A stretch of DNA of 64,000 bases, taken from the NCBI RefSeq assembly GCF_031769215.1, contig NW_026781921.1, positions 124,001-188,000 on the forward strand, read 5' to 3'. Source of the DNA: Ylistrum balloti (lineage: Eukaryota). Shown piece by piece: positions 55,346-64,000 of the stretch. The stretch's first letter is position 1. Every line of letters starts with the position of its first letter. The position numbers and the translations under genes are program-made. The notes under the pieces are model-generated. The model did no database searches. It was not told the DNA's origin and saw only the letters and a list, made by a program, of their open reading frames with translations.

Positions 55346-55650
55346 CACCATAAAACTGTTTCATCCTTCTACGACTCGTCAATGATGCTATATCATACAG
55401 CTGTTTCGTCCTTCTACGACTCGTCAGTGATGCTACATCATACAACTGTTTCGTCCTTCTGTGACACGTCAGTGATGCTACATCATACAACTGTTTGGTC
55501 CTGTGATTCGTCAGTGATGCTACATCATACAACTGTTTGGTCCTGTGATTCGTCAGTGATGCTACATCATACAACTTTTTCGTCCTTCTGTGATTCGTTA
55601 GTGATGCTACATCATGCAACTGTTTCGTCCTTCTAGGACTCGTCAGTGAT
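55346..55650 (-). ncRNA. Tandem array of 7 minimal type I hammerhead ribozyme units (45/42 bp)
   Basis: Minus-strand unit: (tagc)AUCA-CUGACGA-GUCC-uagaa-GGAC-GAAAC-agcu-GUA-UGAU. The unit at 55391-55435 keeps all core nucleotides; the others carry substitutions. Confidence 0.85.
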
Positions 55651-56027
55651 ATTAAGGGTCTAAATTGCTGAGACTTAGGACGTGACTGAAAAATTTTATC
55701 GAATTTATTGTCAAAAATCACACGACGGGGATGCTTGGACTAAATAATACTTTACATTATTCTGACAGTGAAAGTAATAGTAAACATAAGACTATTTTAT
55801 AGTCGATATCAGGGATTTTATTTTATAAACTAGATATCATTAAAATATCAATTCACAACATGTATATTTAAACTAGGTACATCAAAGTCTCAAATAGTCG
55901 GCTTACTTAATATTTCAGAAAATATGTTGTTTCCTATTTCTGTCTTTCCGTTTCCCTTTGATCCATTCATATTCCCTAAATGTTTATTTTTGATGGTCAA
56001 AAGTACATCAGTATTAAAAACCCATTT

Positions 56028-56230
56028 GTGAGTTGTGGGTTGAGAGGTGAAGAGTTCTGGGTTGAGAGGTGAAGAGTTGTGAGTTGAGAGATGAAGAGTT
56101 GTGGGTTGAGAGGTGAAGAGTTGTGAGTTGAGAGGTGAAGAGTTGTGAGTTGAGAAATGAAGAGTTGTGGGTTGAGAGATGAAGAGTTGTGGGTTGAGAG
56201 ATGAAGAGTTGTGGGTTGAGAGGTGAAGTG
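56028..56230. repeat. 22-bp G-rich minisatellite
   Basis: gagttgtgggttgagaggtgaa, about 9 copies. Confidence 0.95.
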
Positions 56231-56476
56231 TTGCAAGGTTGGATGTCATGTACTTGCGACGGTTTCGTTTGTTAGGAAGATAATTTCCTTGGATGAGACA
56301 CATTTGACAAGTGCCACACATATCGCTTTAATTAGCATGCATAGCACATTTTGCATCACCTGTAGTTCAGTCAGGTAGCCATCAGTTACTACGTGGAGAT
56401 GTCGTCTAAACATGACACTCTCTGTTCTCGTTGCAATAAACTAAAATAACAAAAACAGTGTGTTGAAAGGTCTTAA

Positions 56477-56669
56477 AGCCATACGTTAGTACAGAAAGAT
56501 AGATAACAGCCATACGTTAGTACAGAAAGATAAATAACAGCCATACGTTAGTACAGAAAGATAGATAACAGCCATACGTTAGTACAGAAAGATAAATAAC
56601 AGCCATACGTTAGTACAGAAAGATAAATAACAGCCATACGTTAGTACAGAAAGATAGATAACAGACATA
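56477..56669. repeat. 31-bp minisatellite, about 6 copies
   Basis: cagccatacgttagtacagaaagatagataa. Confidence 0.95.
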
Positions 56670-56784
56670 CTTTAAATGTTTGCCTTGACATATTTTCAAC
56701 AACATGTCTGGTAATTAACGCAATTATGACTACAGAAATACAGAAATACATACATAAATTTTATCCGCCAATGATTCAAATATC

Positions 56785-56860
56785 CAATAAATCTATGAAC
56801 AAAGAAAAGAATTACACAGAGACTTCTAAAACAGTACAAAGCGAATAAGACCAAGTGGCC
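56785..56860 (-). mobile_element. PLE distal 3'-tail fragment
   Basis: Reverse complement cacttggtcttattcgctttgtactgttttagaagtctctgtgtaattc matches the family tail. Confidence 0.55.
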
Positions 56861-58574
56861 TATTGGGTGTCTGATATATATAAAATCCAAGAATTAATTA
56901 TTGAAGTATTGAACAGTTAGGTCTGATTACTCTGGAGTATATTACAGTACAGAAGTGTATCTAGATTCCATTCAGTTTGTTAGCATATGTTGTTATGTTT
57001 TCTATTACAAACCCTCAAATATTTATACTGAAACTTGAAACCAAATATACATACCTTACACCCAATTGTTCAAATAGATCAGATGCGGATTTAAGTTTAA
57101 TGTCTGTATCATGTACAACAGCTGCTTTGTATATCTGCGTATCAGCTAATATCCAAAGAACATACTTAACAAAATAGTTGTTCTAATTTTTTATAATTAG
57201 TTGATTCGTATCCAGTTAGATTCAATTGAATACGATATTAGATTTGGAGGAATGTTGACAGGTATCCAATCACGCTGTGATTTGTTTCAGATGCGCTTTA
57301 AAAAGAGTGGCTGCTTTAAGTCCAATTAAAATTGATCAAAATGCACACTGTAGACCAATCAACGAATATACTGACACAGATTTCTAATTAAGTTGTAGTG
57401 GCTGTGATAATAATGACAGGTATGGAAGCGTCTTGTCAGAGAACTATGTCTGTGTTAATTAAATCAATGCATAACTACACTGGTTTGACAGCGGTGTAAG
57501 ACACATGTAATCAATACCTTAAACTTTCAGGAGGAATTTGTAACATTAAAATGGCGTTCCGTCATACATCACAGCTTGATGTCCTTTATAGTAAGTAATG
57601 TCAATATATCTTATGTAAGTTGGTATAGTCAAACAACGTCAAGATGCTGTCTGGATTGAAAACTTATTAAGTTAAAGAAATAAGGCTACCTATTGGTGTT
57701 CTAGATTTCATAAAGTTATGCTGAAAGTAAAATTATAATATAAAATTATGTGTAATTTATGTACATGTGATTGAGAACGTTCAACAAAGCCACATATATT
57801 TCTGTAATAACCTGGAAAAAAGTGAGGTTTGTCGTTTAGTTTTGTATGGTAGCTTAGATTCTTCACGATGAAAAGAAAAATTAATCTTCCTTCATCCAGA
57901 CCAGATATACAAGGCAAACCGTACTAAACAAACATACCGTACTTACCTTACTAAACAAACATACCGTAAACACATTAATCTTCGTGGGGATTTATTTTCG
58001 TTGATTTCGGGCTTGTTTTTAATCCTCTGGATCATGTTTTTTTATGAAATAGTATTTATTGAATAACAAATTAACAAATTCAATACATCAACGTAAATTA
58101 CTCACAGATATGAAGCTTTTCGATATATTGGCTTCCGTACAGCAGTCTCTGATCATGATTGTATTTAAATGAAACTTCTCTTAAAAGAATAAAGATCCAG
58201 TTGGCATGTTGCCATTTCCCTTCTATTTCGTTCTTTATTGACTTATTCATTTTGCATTCTTATTATGACACAAAAGGAATGTTTGAGTTTAACTAGTTGG
58301 TCGGTCATAATTACATTTTGGAGCGAAAATTACTTAGTTGCTAATACACAAGGAAATACAGAATGTATTACTAGATAGCAGGTTTGACCTCGATTCTAAT
58401 CTCTAAACCGAACTCGTCTGCTGCCAATCTGTTTTGACCTTGTAAATAGAACATTCCTTTAAAAGAACACATACTACGATGCAGTGGCTATCAAAGCGGC
58501 GAGTTAGCAGTGCATACACAACATCATAGCAATAGGATAAAAAAACTTGGAATTAACTGGGTTTCATTTAAGAT

Positions 58575-58667
58575 CGTGACATACATATCTGGATTGACCC
58601 AGATTTAAATGTCGGATGTCATCAGTGAGGCAGACAACACTCATCCTTCTAGAACACCTGGTCTTCG
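58575..58667 (+). mobile_element. PLE 3'-tail fragment (diverged)
   Basis: ggattgaccc...gtcggatgtcatcagtgaggcagacaacactcatccttctagaacacctggtctt. Confidence 0.6.
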
Positions 58668-59224
58668 AATATTTTGAATGGTCTTTGAGTAAATCTATTA
58701 GTGATTTGTTAATGTGTTTCCTTTTCAAACGGAAACAATTTCAATGAAGCAAACAGCATGAAAGGCTTTCGTTCATTTTAAGTGTTATAGATACATCGCC
58801 AAGGATTCTCGACTTTAGAATAATGTTGATAATATCATATACCTAAACTGCATTTTACCGGAAATGATAGGAAATAGTAACCATCACTGTTAAAATTTCA
58901 TGATTTGTGATGATATATTTTAGGTCGTTCATCATATCTGACGGAACTAAAACAACTACTTCGCGTGCCTGTCGTTTATCTAAATATAGATGTAAGTGAT
59001 TGATGATGCTGTCTATTTGTTGATCATTCACGACACGACCCTTCATTTTCTTCTGTTTAGGATTTAATGCTTAATGTATTAAAAACAGAAATTCAGAAAA
59101 TCAATACAAATGTTTGATGCAATACGTTGTCATCATCATTGAAATAAGTTACTAAATAGATAGTTTCATTGTTATTATGTAATATAGGTGAGAAAATGCA
59201 AACAAATTCATTGATATTGTGGAG

Positions 59225-59470
59225 NNNNNNNNNNNNNNNNNNNNNNNNNNNNNNNNNNNNNNNNNNNNNNNNNNNNNNNNNNNNNNNNNNNNNNNNNNNN
59301 NNNNNNNNNNNNNNNNNNNNNNNNNNNNNNNNNNNNNNNNNNNNNNNNNNNNNNNNNNNNNNNNNNNNNNNNNNNNNNNNNNNNNNNNNNNNNNNNNNNN
59401 NNNNNNNNNNNNNNNNNNNNNNNNNNNNNNNNNNNNNNNNNNNNNNNNNNNNNNNNNNNNNNNNNNNNNN
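59225..59470. other. Assembly gap
   Basis: Run of N. Confidence 1.
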
Positions 59471-60352
59471 TTAATCAGATGTAAATCTATTTTGGATTCT
59501 TCAGCTTTGTCTGGGGCTTTTATGTCATTGTTCCCGTTTTTGTCACTGATTTTGATGTCGACTGTGAATTGGTAGTAACTTATTTATCGTCTTCGTCATC
59601 ATTAGAAATGTCCAGATTAGTCTTAAAATAAGCAAAAGGCAGTAATGTGATATGAGTATTCTCCGCAAAAAACCGAAAAGATACTACCTCAAACGACCAA
59701 AGAAAATTGACAAGATTTATTATATGTTATTTTTATATCTGTCAGGAAATTCTTAACTTCAAAGTGGTTGCTGACAGCAAAAATCAAAAACGCTTGTGAA
59801 TGTGATGACTGAGGTTCCAAGTGTGTCGATAATCACGACTGTACAAACAACACACAAGTGAATAACTTCATTTAATCCAAACTTAGATAAGATAACAGTA
59901 GAGCCAAACATAAAGATAGGTCGATAAGCTTGAGCTCATCAGTGAAGTGTGATGCTTCGATGTCGACACTGTCAAGTTCATCAGATGTTTGCACTACGAT
60001 TTTTCTTATTTGTTAAATTTAATTAAATTAAACGTTACACTTAAATCTTCTATTAGTTGTTTTATAAGAACGTGGACCGTGTTTAAATAATAGACATTAA
60101 CAATATTCCGAAATAGGTTAAACGCTTAATTTTACCTCACTCATCCGAACACTGATTAGTGGCTGATCGTGGAAGTGTATTCCAACGTCTGCAACTGTCA
60201 GGTATCATATCAGTTAGCCTGACGTTTTAACAGCCATATAAGTACACCTATGGGATGTATCGAATAATGGAACAAATGCGTTTCTCATTCAGATTTTAAA
60301 ATAGATTCCGACCTATTCGTTATGAATTTCATCAACCAGAATAGGTCAGCTG

Positions 60353-60394
60353 GATAACTGACGAATCCTAGAAGGACGAAACAGCTGTATGATA
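60353..60394 (+). ncRNA. Solitary degenerate hammerhead ribozyme of the same family
   Basis: CTGACGA-atcc-tagaa-ggac-GAAAC-agct-GTA-tgat; first stem II pair mismatched (A/C), stem I 5' strand altered. Confidence 0.65.
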
Positions 60395-60581
60395 TACCCT
60401 GTATCTGTCTGTACTCTTTGTAACAAAAAATATTGAGTAATGCTATTCACATGTAAGCCTGTACAATCCTGTCAATGCCAACAGAATTCTTAGTCAGACA
60501 CAAAATAAGACAACAAGCAATATTTACAACACATGTATATATCGGCGAATCAAAGCAAGTAATGTGACGTTCTCAGATCTG

Positions 60582-60900
60582 AACAAGTTAAGCAACAATG
60601 TCTTATTGTGGGAGGAAACCGGAGTACCCGAGGAAAACCCACGTGGTCAGGCAGGTGACCCCCTTACCTTTTCACGTCCGTTCCGGAAATCGAACCCCGC
60701 CTTTCACCTAGCCGACCGGGGTTCGATTCCCGGAACGGACGTGAAAAGGTAAGGGGGTCACCTGCCTGACCACGTGGGTTTTCCCCGGGTACTCCGGTTT
60801 CCTCCCACAATAAGACCCCTCGCGCGCTTACAACCGGGCCAACAAGAGTGATTAGTATAAGTTGACATAACTTGTTTCGCAATTGTTGTAAAATAAATAA
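60582..60900. mobile_element. tRNA-derived SINE (plus, 60700-60900) preceded by an inverted copy of itself
   Basis: B box GGTTCGATTCC, V/Meta-type core, AT tail; arms 60600-60699 and 60717-60816. Confidence 0.9.
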
Positions 60901-61154
60901 AGTTTATATATTATTTAATAATGTTACCACAAAATACTATATAGCAAATTGACCTCATTATTGATAATGTCTGATTGGTCTTACTCCATCTTACAACCGT
61001 TTGTCCAGAAATTTAGCGTTATCAAAATATCTTACTGCTTACTATCAAAACAATAAGAATTTCTGGTATTATTGAAATTTTAAAGCTATATAATGTAATT
61101 TTCATTATTAGGTTATGTTGTGTCTATTTGTTTACAGAAATGTGTCTTTCTTTT

Positions 61155-61200
61155 GTATAATCTTCATAATTGCAGATACTGCTGGTGGATGTTTAGATCC
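61155..61200 (+). mobile_element. Fragment of the pLTR-like leader of the hammerhead-bearing element
   Basis: gatactgctggtggatgtttagatcccgaggtttaccgtaa matches gatactgccggtggagttaaatccccaaggtttgccgtaa at about 52684. Confidence 0.55.
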
Positions 61201-62409
61201 CGAGGTTTACCGTAACCTGCATGTCGCGTTTTAATTTGAATTGTGAGACGGCTTATGATATACACTTGCCGTACTTTTGACAGATTCAACATTTAAAGTT
61301 AAGAAATATATCTGTTTTGGGGTTCAGACACCTTCCGATTTTCGTAGTAGCCTCTTAGGCTTGAACAGGTTGGGCCATTGACAAGATCAACTCATCCTAG
61401 GAGACCGAGGTAGTTGTATGGTACAGTCTGATTCATCATTTTCTTCTATCGTAACTTCAATCCAAATTTATATTTTTATATTAATTATTTTTAATCGATT
61501 TGTTTTGCGGTTCGAGTGTAAATGCCATAGTCTCAGATATTGTTATTAAGGCTTCATAAATATGATACGTGTGCGTTATTGCACGATATGTTTCCTGCAC
61601 GTGTTTATCACGTCCTAATCATTTTATAATGTGTCCAGACTCTACCAGGTGCTATGTTAACTATTTCCGACACCGTGTGTCATTCGTCGGAATGTTCCTG
61701 TTTTTTCTGTGTGATATTAGATTGAGGAATGCCATCTTGACGTCTGGTACAATGAATCAACATATCATTTTCGATAAGAAAATGTAAACTGGTGGATCAG
61801 ATTATATATTTAGCGACAGAAAAGAAAAAAACAAATCACATCAACTTTGTTGTTAGTCGATACTGCAACATATACATCAACCATTTTTTTTATAATCATT
61901 TTTTTGAAAAAAAAAGCTCAGAATATACTCATGTATGTTCCTGTTCCCAAAAAGTTATCAGACATTTCAAAAAATGATACAAATTAATTCAATTATGGAA
62001 CAAGTGAGTCCCGCTAGATTATTTTTATATTTCTTTCGATCAATTTGTAATTCTCTCCTAATACAGTGCAGGCATCACACTTTAGACCACAAGCATTGCC
62101 GACATTGATGAACAGTTTAATTCAGCATTTGACTCTACTCTTTTTACTTCTAAACGTGTGTCAAAAACGAGCCTTTTACTTATGTGTTTTTGTACATCAT
62201 TGCATATTTTTCTTTGGAAGCATCGCTCATCATCAATGTCAATGACAATGCATTGATGATGTTGATGATTGAAGCTGGTAGGATGTATTTTTGAAACGTT
62301 TTGAAACCGACTTACTCCAGTTACTAATACTCTATTGATAACACAAGCTTCCAGAACGTTATGAAAATCATAGACAAAAGAAACATTTACGCAGTGTCTC
62401 CTATAAAAT

Positions 62410-62460
62410 AAAGTACAAATAGAATAAGACCAGATGTTCTGGAATGGTAAGCGTCTTTTG
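62410..62460 (-). mobile_element. PLE 3'-tail fragment
   Basis: gaataagaccagatgttctggaatggtaagcgtctttt. Confidence 0.7.
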
Positions 62461-63224
62461 AAAACAGTGTGGAGTTAAAATATCCAACCTTACCCTTGTT
62501 TTTATCTTTATTCATAATAACAGGCGATGAAAGAGAAACGTATTCGCTTAACCGCTTAAATCAGATGTTTGTTAGCTATCGAAGACGCCATGGACATCCG
62601 ATTGACCTTTCACTTTCAGATGATTTTAGTAATTGATCAAACTCACGTGTTAGTAACACATGCCCTCGCTCTATCTTCTTCATTTATCGTATTCACAATA
62701 ATTGCATACGTGTACATTTAGAATTAATCTGTTAGATAGATTATATATGATGTGTCGGTCTCTTTTTTCTAACACGTGTTCTTGAAATTTGCATTAAGTA
62801 AATAGCAAATATGATACGACACGTTTTGTCATATGTGTCACGTGGCGTCTGATATTTCACACGGCCTTGACTTACTGTGGAAATATACAATAGTAATATT
62901 CTCATCATGATATCTAGGTCACCTGTATACACACAAGTAGCTTATAACGATTTATAAATCCAGATGTGATAAGCCATTTTTTTTTTCAATTGAACTATAG
63001 CGGACAGACCTTATATTGCTACATACGTTAACCAGTTTCAAGATAAACAGTTAAATAGATTTACTTAATATTCAATTCAAGCACTTGACCAAAGTTTCCG
63101 AATGAAACCAAGAATTATCAACAAGCCATGATAGGTCAAAGTGACGTTTTCATTTGTTTACCTTTTGGTAGATGGAAAACCTTATTTTCACACCTGTTTT
63201 ACAGTATCAGACCCTACCTACTTT

Positions 63225-63260
63225 GACGTTTCGTCCTTCTAAGACTCATCAGTGATGATA
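63225..63260 (-). ncRNA. Truncated hammerhead (enzyme half only)
   Basis: Minus strand CATCA-CTGATGA-GTCT-tagaa-GGAC-GAAAC; the agct-GTA-TGAT half is absent. Confidence 0.6.
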
Positions 63261-63369
63261 AGGGTCTAATATTTGAAACCTAGAATATGACCGAGTAACA
63301 TCTAATGTGATTGAAACAAATGAAAAGTGTGTGAAATCGAAAGTAGAAACAATTTTTTTCGAGTTTTGT

Positions 63370-63930
63370 GATAAGATTTTCCAACAGACTAATGGGACAC
63401 TTAGGTGAACTTATTGTGCCCCTCTGTTTGCTGACTTCTTTTGTTTACAAACGAGGGTGAATTTATTGAAGAGCTTATCAAAACAGTTCACAAAGCCCTG
63501 GTAAAGACGTGTAATTTCACTTGCAAATATATTGATGACGTCTTGTCTATAAATAACAACAAATATATTGACCACTTCAATCGTATATACCAACCAGAAA
63601 TGGAAACCAAGGACACGACAGACTCTTCTACACCAGCTGCTTATCTCGATATTTCCCTACCACAACACCAACATCAAAACCAAACTGTATGAAAAGCACG
63701 ATGGTTTCACTTTCCCTATTGTGATTTTTTTCTTTTCTGGATAGCAACTCCCTTGTGTCTCTAACCTATGGTGCTTTCATGTTGCAGGTAATACCACTTT
63801 CAAGGGCATGTGGATAACCTGGTCTTATTATCCTTGTACTTTTTCAGGAGCCTCCGTGTTAATCTTTATTTTGTTCATATTTTGCCCTAGTTTTATTGAA
63901 TCAGAATTTGGATTATGATTATGTTGACGT
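63370..63930 (+). mobile_element. Penelope-like retroelement RT fragment plus 3' tail
   Basis: IFQQTNGT..TYCAPLFADF/FTNEGEFI..L.K..HKALVKTCNFTCKYIDDVLSINN...RIYQPEMETKDTTDSSTPAAYLDISL/LYEKHDGFTFPIV: RT motif B and YIDD motif C of PLE type. Confidence 0.9.
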
Positions 63931-64000
63931 AATGGTATTTTCATGTTGTTTTCTATAACACAAATCTAGAAGACAATCAGTCAAAATAATCCTTGACAAT

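Noticed and set aside
54496-56669. 31-45-bp repeats as possible CRISPR arrays
   Set aside because: No unique spacers, no cas genes, eukaryotic intron-containing context.
59935-60000. Two CTGATGA boxes about 45 nt apart on the minus strand
   Set aside because: No GAAA box or credible stems follow; at best a very decayed hammerhead.

Overview
AT-rich animal genomic DNA from a draft assembly (three N gaps); the repeat content suggests a bivalve mollusc (inference). One host gene is recognisable: ZNF706 (75 aa C2H2 protein, + strand; coding exons 7740-7874 and 9282-9374, probable non-coding first exon ending 6281 and a 3'UTR exon starting 12901). Upstream lie a decayed FLYWCH+MULE transposase and a hAT MITE with 8-bp TSD. 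From about 17 kb onward no host gene could be identified. That region is dominated by Penelope-like retroelement (PLE) debris (four RT fragments, more than a dozen 3'-tail fragments), tRNA-derived SINEs and many minisatellites. Most interesting: (1) a 45-bp minisatellite at 55346-55650 whose monomer is a minimal type I hammerhead ribozyme; (2) a recurrent ~55-nt PLE 3'UTR motif that can fold as a pseudoknot; (3) a 100-bp-arm fold-back SINE palindrome at 60600-60816. All calls were made by eye; no database search or folding program was run.
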